From NCBI GenBank assembly GCA_964016885.1, contig OZ024744.1, positions 54,498,001-54,562,000 of the forward strand: a DNA stretch of 64,000 bases, given 5' to 3'. The translations under genes were made by a program, and so were the position numbers. This stretch comes from Eledone cirrhosa. Its lineage: Eukaryota. Under the pieces are notes generated by a model. It was not told the DNA's origin, made no database searches, and was given only the letters and a program-made list of their open reading frames with translations. Shown one piece after another: positions 1 to 15,000 of this stretch (positions are counted from its first letter, which is position 1; each line of letters begins with the position of its first letter).

Positions 1-3000
1 ATAGAGATAGTACAGTGAACTATACCACACTGTGGTACCTACTTACAGCTAGGTGGACTGGACTGTTGACAGTTTAGTGTCTCGGTTACAGACAGAGTAC
101 AGTGAACTATACCACACTGTGGTACCTACTTACAGCTAGGTGGACTGTTGACAGTTAAGTTTCTTGGTTATAGACACAGTACAGTGAACTATACCACTCT
201 ATGGTACCTATTTACAACTAGGTGAACTGTTGACAGTTAAGTGTCTTGGTTATAGATGCAGTACAGTGAACTATACCACACTGTGGTACCTACTTAAAGC
301 TAGGTGGACTGTTGACAGTTAAGTGTCTTAGTTATAGACACAGTACAGTGAACTATACCACACTGTGGTACCTACTTACAGCTGGGTGGACTGTTGACAG
401 TAGAGTATCTTGGTTATAGACACAGTACATTGAACTATACCACTCTGTGGTACCTACTTACAGCTAGGTGGACTGTTGACAGTTAAGTGTCTTGGTTATA
501 GAGATAGTACAGTGTACTATACCACACTGTTGTACCTACTTACAGCTAGGTGGATTGTTGACAGTAGAGTATCTTAATTATAGACACAGTACAGTGAACA
601 ATACCACACTGTGGCACCTACTTACAACTAGGTGGACTGGACTGTTGACAGTTAAGTCTTAGTTATAGACATAGTACAGTGAACTATACCACACTGTGGT
701 ACCTACTTACAGCTAGGTGGACTGTTGACAGTGGAGTATCTTGGTCTTAGACACAGTACAGTGAACTATACCACACTCTGGTACCTAATTACAGCTAGGA
801 GGACTGTTGACAGTTAAGTGTCTTGGTTATAGATGCAGTACAGTGAACTATACCACACTGTGGTACCTACTTACAGCTAGGTGAATTGTTGACAGTTAAG
901 TGTCTTGGTTATAGACATAGTACAGTGAACTATATCACACTATGGTACCTACTTACATCTATGTGGACTGTTGACAGTTAAGTGTCTTGGTTATAGACAC
1001 AGTACAGTGAACTATACCACACTGTGGTACCTACTTACAGCTAGGTGGACTGTTGACAGTTAAGTGTCTTGGTTATAGACACAGTAGAGTGAACTATGTC
1101 ACACTGTGGTACCTACTTACAGCTAGGTGGACTGTTGACAGTTTCGTTTCTTGGCTATAGACACAGTACAGTGACATATAACTCAGTGTGGTACCTACTT
1201 ACAGCTAGGTGGACTGTTGACAGTTAAGTGTCTTGGTTATAGACACAGTACAGTGAACTATACCATACTGTGGTACCTACGTACATCTAGCTGGACTGTT
1301 GACAGTTAAGTGTCTTGGTTATAGACACAGTAGAGTGAACTATACCACACTGTGGTACATACTTACAGCTTCGTGGACTGTTGACAGTTAAGTGTCTTGG
1401 TTATAGACACAGTACAGTGAACTATACCACACTGTGGTACCTACTTACAGCTAGGTGCACTGTTGACAGTTAAGTGTCTTGGTTATAGACACAGTACAGT
1501 GAACTATACCACACTGTGGTACCTACTTACAGCTAGGTGGACTGTTGACAGTTAAGTGTCTTGGTTATAGACACAGTACAGTGAACTATACCACACTGTG
1601 GTACCTACTTACAGCTTGGTGGACTGTTGACAGTTAAGTGTCTTGGTTATAGACACAGTACAGTGAAATATACCACACTGTGGTACCTATTTACAGCTAG
1701 GTGCACTGTTGACAGTTAAGTGTCTTGGTTATAGACACAGTACAGTGAACTATACCACACTGTGGTACCTACTTACAGCTAGGTGGAATGTTGACAGTTA
1801 AGTGTCTTGGTTATAGACACAGTACAGTGAACTATACAACACTATGGTACCAACTTACTGCTAGGTGGACTGTTGACAGTTAAGTGTATTGGTTATAGAC
1901 ACAGTACAGTGAACTATACTACACTGTGGTACCTACTTACAGCTAGGTGGACTGTTGACAGTTAAGTGTCTTGGTTATAGACACAGTACAGTGATCTATA
2001 CCACACTGTGGTACCTACTTACATCTAGGTGGACTGTTGACAGTTAAGTGTCTTGGTTATAGAGATAGTACAGTGAACTATACCACACTGTGGTACCTAC
2101 TTACAGCTAGGTGGACTGGACTGTTGACAGTTAAGTGTCTTGGTTATAGAGATAGTACAGTGAACTATACCACACTGTTGTACCTACTTACAGCTAGGTG
2201 GACTGTTGACTGTTAAGTATCTTCGTTATAGACACAGTACAGTGAAATATACCAAACTGTGGTACCTACTTAGAGTTGGGTAGACTGTTGACAGTTAAGT
2301 GTCTTGGTTATAGACACAGTACAGTAAACTATACCACACTGTGGCACCTACTTACAGCTAGGTGGACTGTTGACAGTGGAGTATCTTAGTTATAGACACA
2401 GTACAGTGAACTATACCACTCTGTGGTACCTACTTACAGCTAGGTGGACTGTTGACAGTTAAGTGCCTGGGTTATAGAGATAGTACAGTGAACTATACCA
2501 CACTGTGGTACCTAGTTACAGCTAGGTGGACTGGACTGTTGACAGTTAAGTGTCTTGTTTATAGACACAGTACAGTGAATTATAACACACTGTGGTACCT
2601 ACTTACAACTAGGTGGACTGTTGACAGTTAAGTGTCTTGGTTATAGACAGAGTACAGTGAACTATACAATACTGTGGTACCTACTTACAGCTAGTTGGAC
2701 TGTTGACAGTTAAGTGTCTTGGTTATAGTCACAGTACAGTGAACTATACCACATTGGGGTACCAACTTACAGCTAGGTGGACTGTTGACAGTTAAGTGTC
2801 TTGGTTATAGACACAGTACAGTGAACTATACCACACTGTGGTACCTACTTACAGCTAGGTGGACTGTTGACAGTAGAGAATCTTGGTTATAGGAACAGTA
2901 GAGTGAATTATACCACACTGTGGTACCTACTTACAGCTAGGTGGACTGTTGATAGTTAAGTGTCTTGGTTATAGACACAGTACAGTGAACTATACCACAC

Positions 3001-6000
3001 TGTGAAACCTACTTACAGCTAGGTGGACTGTTGACATTTAAGTGTCTTGGTTATAGACACAGTACGGTGAACTATACCACACTGTGGTACCTACTTACAG
3101 CTAGGTGGACTGTTGACAGTTAAGTGTCTTGGTTATAGACACAGTACAGTGAACTATACCACACTGTGGTACCTACTTACAGCTAGGTGGACTGTTGACA
3201 GTTAAGTATCTTCGTTATAGACACAGTACAGTGAATTATACCACACTGTGGTACCTACTTCCAGCTGGGTAGACTGTTGACAGTTAAGTGTCTTGGTTAT
3301 AGACAGAGTACAGTGAACTATACCATACTGTGGTACCTACTTACAACTAGGTGGACTGTTGATAGTGGAGTATCTTGGTTATAGACACAGTACAGTGAAC
3401 TATACCACTCTGTGGTACCTACTTACAGCTAGGTGGACTGTTGACAGTTAAGTATCTTGGTTATAGAGATAGTACAGTGAACTATACCATACTGTGGTAC
3501 CTACTTACAACTAGGTGGACTGTTGATAGTGGAGTATCTTGGTTATAGACACAGTACAGTGAACTATACCACTCTGTGGTACCTACTTACAGCTAGGTGG
3601 ACTGTTGACAGTTAAGTATCTTGGTTATAGAGATAGTACAGTGAACTATACCACACTGTGGTACCTACTTACAGCTAGGTGGACTGGACTGTTGACAGTT
3701 TAGTGTCTCGGTTACAGACAGAGTACAGTGAACTATACCACACTGTGGTACCTACTTACAGCTAGGTGGACTGTTGACAGTTAAGTTTCTTGGTTATAGA
3801 CACAGTACAGTGAACTATACCACTCTATGGTACCTATTTACAACTAGGTGAACTGTTGACAGTTAAGTGTCTTGGTTATAGATGCAGTACAGTGAACTAT
3901 ACCACACTGTGGTACCTAATTACAGCTAGGAGGACTGTTGACAGTTAAGTGTCTTGGTTATAGATGCAGTACAGTGAACTATACCACACTGTGGTACCTA
4001 CTTACAGCTAGGTGAATTGTTGACAGTTAAGTGTCTTGGTTATAGACATAGTACAGTGAACTATATCACACTATGGTACCTACTTACATCTATGTGGACT
4101 GTTGACAGTTAAGTGTCTTGGTTATAGACACAGTACAGTGAACTATACCACACTGTGGTACCTACTTACAGCTAGGTGGACTGTTGACAGTTAAGTGTCT
4201 TGGTTATAGACACAGTAGAGTGAACTATGTCACACTGTGGTACCTACTTACAGCTAGGTGGACTGTTGACAGTTTCGTTTCTTGGCTATAGACACAGTAC
4301 AGTGACATATAACTCAGTGTGGTACCTACTTACAGCTAGGTGGACTGTTGACAGTTAAGTGTCTTGGTTATAGACACAGTACAGTGAACTATACCATACT
4401 GTGGTACCTACGTACATCTAGCTGGACTGTTGACAGTTAAGTGTCTTGGTTATAGACACAGTAGAGTGAACTATACCACACTGTGGTACATACTTACAGC
4501 TTCGTGGACTGTTGACAGTTAAGTGTCTTGGTTATAGACACAGTACAGTGAACTATACCACACTGTGGTACCTACTTACAGCTAGGTGCACTGTTGACAG
4601 TTAAGTGTCTTGGTTATAGACACAGTACAGTGAACTATACCACACTGTGGTACCTACTTACAGCTAGGTGGACTGTTGACAGTTAAGTGTCTTGGTTATA
4701 GACACAGTACAGTGAACTATACCACACTGTGGTACCTACTTACAGCTTGGTGGACTGTTGACAGTTAAGTGTCTTGGTTATAGACACAGTACAGTGAAAT
4801 ATACCACACTGTGGTACCTATTTACAGCTAGGTGCACTGTTGACAGTTAAGTGTCTTGGTTATAGACACAGTACAGTGAACTATACAACACTATGGTACC
4901 AACTTACTGCTAGGTGGACTGTTGACAGTTAAGTGTATTGGTTATAGACACAGTACAGTGAACTATACTACACTGTGGTACCTACTTACAGCTAGGTGGA
5001 CTGTTGACAGTTAAGTGTCTTGGTTATAGACACAGTACAGTGATCTATACCACACTGTGGTACCTACTTACATCTAGGTGGACTGTTGACAGTTAAGTGT
5101 CTTGGTTATAGAGATAGTACAGTGAACTATACCACACTGTGGTACCTACTTACAGCTAGGTGGACTGGACTGTTGACAGTTAAGTGTCTTGGTTATAGAG
5201 ATAGTACAGTGAACTATACCACACTGTTGTACCTACTTACATCTAGGTGGATTGTTGACAGTAGAGTATCTTAGTTATTGACACAGTACAGTGAACTATA
5301 CCACACTGTGGCACCTACTTACAGCTAGGTGGACTGGACTGTTGACAGTTAAGTCTTAGTTATAGACATAGTACAGTGAACTATATCACACTGTGGTACC
5401 TACTTACAGCTAGGTGGACTGTTGACAGTGGAGTATCTTGGTTATAGACACAGTACAGTGAACTATACCACACATTGGTACCTAATTACAGCTAGGAGGA
5501 CTGTTGATATTTAAGTGTCTTGGTTATAGACACAGTAGAGTGTGCTATACCACACTATGGTACCTATTTGCAGCTAGGTGAACTGTTGACAGTTAAGTGT
5601 CTTGGTTATAGATGCAGTACAGTGAACTATACCACACTGTGGTACCTACTTACAGCTAGGTGGACTGTTGACAGTTAAGTGTCTTGGTTATAGACACAGT
5701 ACAGTGAACTATACCATACTGTGGTACCTACATACAGCTAGGTGGACGGTTGACAGTTAAGTGTCTTGGTTATAGACACAGTACAGTGAACTATACCACA
5801 CTGTGGTACCTACTTACAGCTAGGTGGACTGTTGACAGTAGAGTATCTTGGTTATAGACACAGTACAGTGAACTATATCACAGTGTGGTACCTACTTACA
5901 GCTAGGTGTACTGTTGACTGTTAAGTATCTTCGTTATAGACACAGTACAGTGAAATATACCACACTGTGGTACCTACTTAGAGTTGGGTAGACTGTTGAC

Positions 6001-9000
6001 AGTTAAGTGTCTTGGTTATAGACACATTACAGTAAACTATACCACACTGTGGCACCTACTTACAGCTAGGTGGACTGTTGACAGTGGAGTATCTTAGTTA
6101 TAGACACAGTACAGTGAACTATACCACTCTGTGGTACCTACTTACAGCTAGGTGGACTGTTGACAGTTAAGTGTCTTGGTTATAGAGATAGTACAGTGAA
6201 CTATACCACACTGTGGTACCTAGTTACAGCTAGGTGGACTGGACTGTTGACAGTTAAGTGTCTTGTTTATAGACACAGTACAGTGAATTATAACACACTG
6301 TGGTACCTACTTACAACTAGGTGGACTGTTGACAGTTAAGTGTCTTGGTTATAGACAGAGTACAGTGAACTATACCATACTGTGGTACCTACTTACAGCT
6401 AGTTGGACTGTTGACAGTTAAGTGTCTTGGTTATAGTCACAGTACAGTGAACTATACCACACTGGGGTACCAACTTACAGCTAGGTGGACTGTTGACAGT
6501 TAAGTGTCTTGGTTATAGACACAGTACAGTGAACTATACCACACTGTGGTACCTAGTTACAGCTAGGTGGACTGTTGACAGCAGAGAATCTTGGTTATAG
6601 GAACAGTACAGTGAACTATACCACACTGTGGTACCTACTTACAGCTAGGTGGACTGTTGACAGTTAAGTGTCTTGGTTATAGACACAGTACAGTGAACTA
6701 TACCACTCTGAGAAACCTACTTACAGCTAGGTGGACTGTTGACAGTTAAGTGTCTTGGTTATAGACACAGTACGGTGAACTATACTACACTGTGGTACCT
6801 ACTTACAGCTAGGTGGACTGTTGACAGTTAAGTGTCTTGGTTATAGACACAGTACAGTGAAATATACCACACTGTGGTACCTACTTACAGCTAGGTGGAC
6901 TGTTGACAGTAGAGTATCTTGGGTATAGACACAGTAGAGTGAACTATTCCACACTGTGGCACCTACTTACAGCTAGGTGGACTGTTGTCAGTGGAGTATC
7001 TTAGTTATAGACACAGTACAGTGAACTATACCACACTGTGGAACCTACTTATAGCTAGGTGGACTGTTGACAGTTAAGTATCTTCGTTATAGACACAGTA
7101 CAGTGAATTATACCACACTGTGGTACCTACTTCCAGCTGGGTAGACTGTTGACAGTTAAGTGTCTTGGTTATAGACAGAGTACAGTGAACTATACCATAC
7201 TGTGGTACCTACTTACAACTAGGTGGACTGTTGATAGTGGAGTATCTTGGTTATAGACACAGTACAGTGAACTATACCACTCTGTGGTACCTACTTACAG
7301 CTAGGTGGACTGTTGACAGTTAAGTGTCTTGGTTATAGAGATAGTACAGTGAACTATACCACACTGTGGTACCTACATACAGCTAGGTGGACTGGACTGT
7401 TGACAGTTTAGTGTCTTGGTTACAGACACAGTACAGTGAACTATACCACTCTGTGGTACCTACTTACAGCTAGGTGGACTGTTGACAGTTAAGTGTCTTG
7501 GTTATAGACACAGTACAGTGAACTATACCACTCTATGGTACCTATTTACAGCTAGGTGAACTGTTGACAGTTAAGTGTCTTGGTTATAGATGCAGTACAG
7601 TGAACTATACCACACTGTGGTACCTCCTTAAAGCTAGGTTGACTGTTGACAGTTAAGTGTCATAGTTATAGACACAGTAGAGTGAAATATACCACACCGT
7701 GGCACCTACTTACATCTAGGTGGACTGTTGACAGTTAAGTGTCTTGGTTATAGAGATAGTACAGTTAACTATACCACACTGTGGTACCTACTTACAGCAA
7801 GGTGGACTGGACTGTTGACAGTTAAGTGTCTTGTTTATAGACACAGTACAGTGAATTATACCATACTGTGGTAACTACTTACAGCTAGGTGGACTGTTGA
7901 CAGTTAAGTGTCTTGGTTATAGACACAGTACAGTAAACTATACCACACTGTGGTACCTACTTACAGCTAGGTGGACTGTTGAGAGTGGAGTATCTTAGTT
8001 ATAGACACAGTAGAGTGAAATATATCACACTGTGGTACCTACTTACAGCTAGGTTAACCGGATTGTTGACAGTTAAGTCTTGGTTATAGACACTGTACTG
8101 TAAACTATACCACACTCTGGTACCTACTTACAGCTAGTAGGACTGTTGATAGTTAAGTGTCTTGGTTATAGACACAGTACGGTGAACTATACCACACTGT
8201 GGTACCAACTTACAGCTAGGTGGATTGTTGACAGTTAAGTGTCTTGGTTATAGACACAGTACAGTGAACTATACCACACTGGGGTACCAACTTACTGCTA
8301 GGTGGACTGTTGACAGTTAAGTGTCTTGGTTATAGACACAGTACAGTGAACTATACCACACTGTGGTACCTACTTACAGCTAGGTGGACTGTTGACAGTA
8401 GAGTATCTTGGTTATAGGAACAGTACAGTGAACTATACCACACTCCGGTACCTACTTACAGCTAGCTGGACTGTTGACAGTTAAGTGTCTTGGCTATAGA
8501 CACAGTACAGTGAATTATACCATACTGTGGTACCTACTTACAGCTAGTTGGACTGTTGACAGTTAAGTGTCTTGGTTAAAGACACAGTACAGTGAACTAT
8601 ACCACACTGGGGTACCAACTTACTGCTAGGTGGACTGTTGACAGTTAAGTGTCTTGGTTACAGACACAGTACAGTGAACTATACCACACTGTGGTACCTA
8701 CTTACAGCTAGGTGGACTGTTGACAGTTAAGTGTCTTGGTTATAGACACAGTACAGTGAACTATACCACACTATGCTACCTATTTACAGCTAGGTGAAAT
8801 GTTGACAGTTAAGTGTCTTGGTTATAGATGCAGTACAGTGAACTATACCACAATGTGGTACCTACTTACAGCGAGGTGGACTGTTGACAGTTAAGTGTCT
8901 TGGTTATAGACAGAGTACAGTGAACTATATCTCACTGTGGTACCTACTTAAAGCTAGGTGGACTGTTGACAGTTAAGTGTCTTGGTTATAGACACAGTAC

Positions 9001-12000
9001 AGTGAACTATACCACACTGTGGCTCCTACTTACAGCTAGGTCGACTGTTGACAGTGGAGAGTCTTAATTATAGACACAGTAAAGTGAACTATACCACACC
9101 GTGGCACCTGCTTACAGCCAGTCGGACTGTTGACTGTTAAGTACCTTCGTTATAGACACAGTACAGTAAACTATACCACACTGTGGCACCTACTTACAGC
9201 TAGGTGGACTGTTGACAGTGGAGTATCTTAGTTATAGACACAGTACAGTGAAATATAACACACTGTGGTACCTACTTACAGCTAGGTGAATTGGATTGTT
9301 AACAGTTAAGTCTTGGTTATAGACACAGTACAGTGAACTATACCAGACTGTGGTACCTACTTACAGCTAGGTGGACGGTTGACAGTTAAGTGGCTTGGTT
9401 ATAGACAGAGTACAGTGAACTATACCACACTGTGATACCTACTTACAACTAGGTGGACTGTTGATAGTGGAGTATCTTGGTTATAGACACAGTACAGTGA
9501 ACTATACCACTCTGTGGTACCTACTTACAGCTAGGTGCACTGTTGACAGTTAAGTGTCTTGGTTATAGAGATAGTACAGTGAACTATACCACACTGTGTT
9601 ACCTACTTACAGCTAGGTGGACTGTTGATAGTTAAGTGTCTTGGTTATAGACACAGTACAGTAAATTATACCATACTGTGGTACCTACTTACAGCTAGTT
9701 GGACTGTTGACAGTTAAGTGTCTTGGTTATAGACACAGTACAGTGAACTATACCACACTCTGGTACCTACTTACATCTAGGAGGACTGTTGATAGTTAAG
9801 TGTCTTGGTTATAGACACAGTATAGTGAACTATACCACACTGTGGTACATACTTACAGCTAGGTGGACTGTTGACAGTTAAGTTTCTTGGTTATAGACAC
9901 TGTACAGTGAACTATACCACACTGTGGTACCTACTTACAGCTAGGTGGACTGTTGACAGTGAAGTGTCTTGGTTATAGACACAGTACAGGGAACTATACC
10001 ATACTGTGGTACCTACTTACATCTAGCTGGACTGTTGACAGTTAAGTGTCTTGGTTATAGACAGAGTACAGTGAACTATACCACACTGTGGTACCTACTT
10101 ACAGCTAGGTGGACTGTTGTCAGTTAAGTCTTTGTTATAGACACAGTACAGTGAACTAAACCACACTGTGGTACCTACTTACAGCTAGGTGGACTGTTGA
10201 CAGTTAAGTGTCTTGGTTATAGAGATGGTATAGTGAACTATACCACACTGTGGTACCTACTTACAACTAGGTGGACTGGACTGTTGACAGTTAAGTGTCT
10301 TGATTATAGACACAGTACAGTGAACTATACCACACTGTGGTACCTACTTACAGCTAGCTTGACTGTTGACAGCAAGTGTCTTGGTTATAGACACAGTACA
10401 GTGAACTATACCACACTGTGATACCTACTTACAACTAGGTGGACTGTTGATAGTGGAGTATCTTGGTTATAGACACAGTACAGTGAACTATACCACACTG
10501 TGGTACCTACTTACAGCTAGCTTGACTGTTGACAGCAAGTGTCTTGGTTATAGACACAGTACAGTGAACTATACCACACTGTGATACCTACTTACAACTA
10601 GGTGGACTGTTGATAGTGGAGTATCTTGGTTATAGACACAGTACAGTGAACTATACTAGACTGTGGTACCTACTTACAGCTAGGTGGACTGTTGATAGTT
10701 AAGTGTCTTGGTTATAGACACAGTACAGTGAATTATACCATACTGTGGTACCTACTTACAGCTAGTTGGACTGTTGACAGTTAAGTGTCTTGGTTATAGG
10801 AACAGTACAGTGAAATATACCATACTGTGGTACCTACTTACAGCTAGTTGGACTGTTGACATTTAAGTGTCTTGGATATAGACACAGTACAGTGAACTAT
10901 ACCACACTGTGAAACCTACTTACAGCTAGGTGGACTGTTGACAGTTAAGTGTCTTGGTTATAGACACATTACAGTAAACTATACCACACTGTGGTACCTA
11001 CTTACAGCTAGGTGGACTGTTGAGAGTGGAGTATCTTAGTTATAGACACATTAGAGAGAAATATATCACACTGTGGTACCTACTTACAGCTAGGTAAACT
11101 GGATTGTTGATAGTTAAGTCTTGGTTATAGACACAGTACTGTAAACTATACCACACTCTGTTACCTACTGACAGCTAGGTGGATTGTTGACAGTTAAGTG
11201 TCTTGGTTATAGACACAGTACAGTGAACTATATCACACTGTGGTACCTACTAACAGCTAGGTGGACTGTTGACAGTTAAGTGTCTTGGTTATAGACACAG
11301 TACTGTGAACTATACCACAATGTGGTACCTACTTACAGCTAGCTTGACTGTTGACAGCAAGTGTCTTGGTTATAGACACAGTACAGTGAACTATACCACA
11401 CTGTGATACCTACTTACAACTAGGTGGACTGTTGATAGTGGAGTATCTTGGTTATAGACACAGTACAGTGAACTATACCACACTGTGTTACCTACTTACA
11501 GCTAGGTGGACTGTTGATAGTTAAGTGTCTTGGTTATAGACACAGTACAGTGAATTATACCATACTGTGGTACCTACTTACAGCTAGTTGGACTGTTGAC
11601 AGTTAAGTGTCTTGGTTAAAGACACAGTACAGTGAACAATACCACACTGGGGTACCAACTTACTGCTAGGTGGACTGTTGACATTTACGTGTCTTGGCTA
11701 TAGACACAGTACAGTGAAATATACCTCAGTGTGGTACCTACTTACAGCTAGGTGGACTGTTGACAGTTAAGTGTCTTGGTTATAGACACAGTACAGTGAA
11801 CTATGCCATACTGTGGTACCTACTTACATCTAGCTGGACTGTTGACAGTTAAGTGTCTTGGTATTAGACACAGTTCAGTGAACTATACCACACTGTGGTA
11901 CCTACTTACAGCTTGGTGGACTGTTGACAGTTAAGTGTCTTGGTTATAGACACAATACAGTGAATTATATCACAATGTGGTACCTACTTACAGCTAGGTG

Positions 12001-15000
12001 CACAGTTGACAGTTAAGTGACTTGGTTATAGACAGAGTACAGTGAACTATACCACACTGTGGTACCTACTTACAGCTAGGTGGACTGTTGACAGCAAGTG
12101 TCTTGGTTATAGACACAGTACAGTGAACTATACCACACTGTGGTACCTACTTACAGCTTGGTGGACTGTTGACAGTGGAGTATCTTAGTTATAGACACAG
12201 TACAGTGAACTATACCACACTGTGGTACCTACTTACAGCTAGGTGGACTGTTAACAGTGGAGTATCTTTGTTATAGACACAGTACAGTGAACTATACCAC
12301 ATTCTGGTACCTACTTACAGCTAGAAGGACTGTTGATAGTTAAGTGTCTTGGTTATAGACACGCTACAGTGAACTACACCACACTGTGGTACCTACTTAC
12401 AGCTAGGTGGACTGTTGGCAGTTAAGTGTCTTGGTTATAGACACAGTAGAGTGAACTATACCACACTGGGGTACCTACTTACAGCTAGGTGGACTGTTGC
12501 CAGTTAAGTGTCTTGGTTACATACAGAGTACAGTGAACTATATCACACTGTGGTATCTACTTACAGATCGGTGGACTGTTGACAGCTAAGTTTCTTGGTT
12601 ATAGACACAGTAGAGTGAACTATACCATACTGTGGTACCTACTTACATCTAGCTGGACTGTTGACAGTTAAGTGTCTTGGTTATAGACACAGTACAGTGA
12701 ACTATACCACACTGTGGTACCTACTTACAGCTAGGTGGACTTTTGATAGTTAAGTGTCTTGGTTATAGACACAGTACAGTGAACTATACCACACTGTGGT
12801 ACATACTTACAGCTAGGTGGACTGTTCACAGTGGAGTATCTTAGTTATAGACACAGTACAGTGAACTATATCACACTGTGGTACCTACTTACAGCTAGGA
12901 GAACTGGACTGCTGACAGTTAAGTCTTGGTTATAGACACAGTACAGTGAACTATACCACACTCTGGTACCTACTTACATCTAGGAGGACTGTTGATAGTT
13001 AAGTGTCTTGGTTATAGACACAGTATAGTGAACTATACCACACTGTGGTACATACTTACAGCTAGGTGGACTGTTGACAGTTAAGTTTCTTTGTTATAGA
13101 CACAGTACAGTGAACTAAACCACACTGTGGCACCTACTTACAGCTAGGTGGACTGTTGACAGTTAAGTGTCTTGGTTATAGACACAGTAGAGTGAACTAT
13201 ACCACATTGGGGTACCTACTTACAGCTAGGTGGACTGTTGACAGTTAAGTGTCTTGGTTATAGAGATAGTATAGTGAACTATACCACACTGTGGTACCTA
13301 CTTACAACTAGGTGGACTGGACTGTTGACAGTTAAGTGTCTTGGTTATAGACACAGTACAGTGAACTATACCACACTGTGGTACCTACTTACAGCTAGCT
13401 GGACTGTTGACAGCAAGTTTCTTGGTTATAGACACAGTACAGTGAACTATACCACACTGTGGTACCTACTTACAGCTAGCTGGACTGTTGACAGTTAAGT
13501 GTCTTGGTTATAGACACAGTACAGTGAACTATACCACACTGTGGTACCTACTTACAGCTTGGTGGACTTTTGACAGTTAAGTGTCTTGGTTATAGACACA
13601 ATACAGTGAACTATATCACACTGTGGTACCTACTTACAGCGAGGTGGACTGTTGACAGTTAAGTGTCTTGGTTATAGACACAGTACAGTGAACTATACCA
13701 CACTGTGGTACCTACTTACAGCTAGGAAGACTGTTGATAGTTAAGTGTCTTGGTTATAGACACAGTACAGTGAACTATACCACACTGTGGTACCTACTTA
13801 CAGCTAGGTGAACTGGACTGCTGACAGTTAAGTCTTGGTTATAGACACAGTACCGTGAACTATACCACACTCTGGTACCTACTTACAGCTAAATGGACTG
13901 TTGACAGTTAAGTGTCTTGGTTATAGACACAGTACAATGAACTATACCACACTGTGGTACCTACTTACAGCTAGGTGGACTTTTGACAGTTAAGTGTCTT
14001 GGTTATAGACACAGGACAATGAACTATACCACACTGTGGTACCTACTTACCGCTAGGAGGGCTGTTGATAGTTAAGTGTCTTGGTTATAGACACAGTACA
14101 GTGAACTATACCACACTGTGGTACATACTTACAGCTAGGTGGACTGTTGACAGTTAAGTGTTTTGGTTATAGACACAGTACAGTGAACTATATCACACTG
14201 TGGTACCTACTTACAGCTAGGTGGACTGTTGACAGTTAAGTTTCTTGGTTATAGTCACGGTACAGTGAACTATACAACACTGTGGTACCTACTTACAGCT
14301 AGGTGGACTGTTGACAGTTAAGTGTCTTGGTTATAGACACAGTAGAGTGAACTATACCACACTGTGGTATCTACTTACAGCTAGGTGGACTGTTGTCAGT
14401 TAAGTCTTTGTTATAGACACAGTACAGTGAACTAAACCACACTGTGGTACCTACTCACAGCTAGGTGGACTGTTGACAGCAAGTGTCTTGGTTATAGACA
14501 CAGTACAGTGAACTATACCACACTGTGGTACCTTCTTACAGCTAGCTGGACTGTTGACAGCAAGTGTCTTGGTTATAGACACAGTACAGTGAACTATACC
14601 ACACTGTGGTACCTACTTACAGCTAGGTGGACTGTTGACAGTTAAGTGTCTTGATTATAGACACAGTACAGTGAACTATAACACACTGTGGTACCTACTT
14701 ACTGCTTGGTGGACTGTTGACAGTTAAGTGTCTTGGTTATAGACACAATACAGTGAACTATATCACACTGTGGTACCTACTTACAGCGAGGTGGACTGTT
14801 GACAGTTAAGTGTCTTGGTTATAGACACAGTACAGTGAACTATACCACACTGTGGTACCTACTTACAGCTAGGAAGACTGTTGATAGTTAAGTGTCTTGG
14901 TTATAGACACAGTACAGTGAACTATACCACAGTGTGGTACATACTTACAGCTAGGTGGACTGTTGACAGTTAAGTGTCTTGGTTATAGACACAGTACAGT

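Noticed and set aside
1507-1595. Satellite as a tandem tRNA gene array
   Set aside because: Size and multi-hairpin fold are tRNA-like, but there is no proper B-box or T-loop, no 7-nt anticodon loop in position, and only a weak A-box-like TAGCTGTAAGTAGG on the minus strand.
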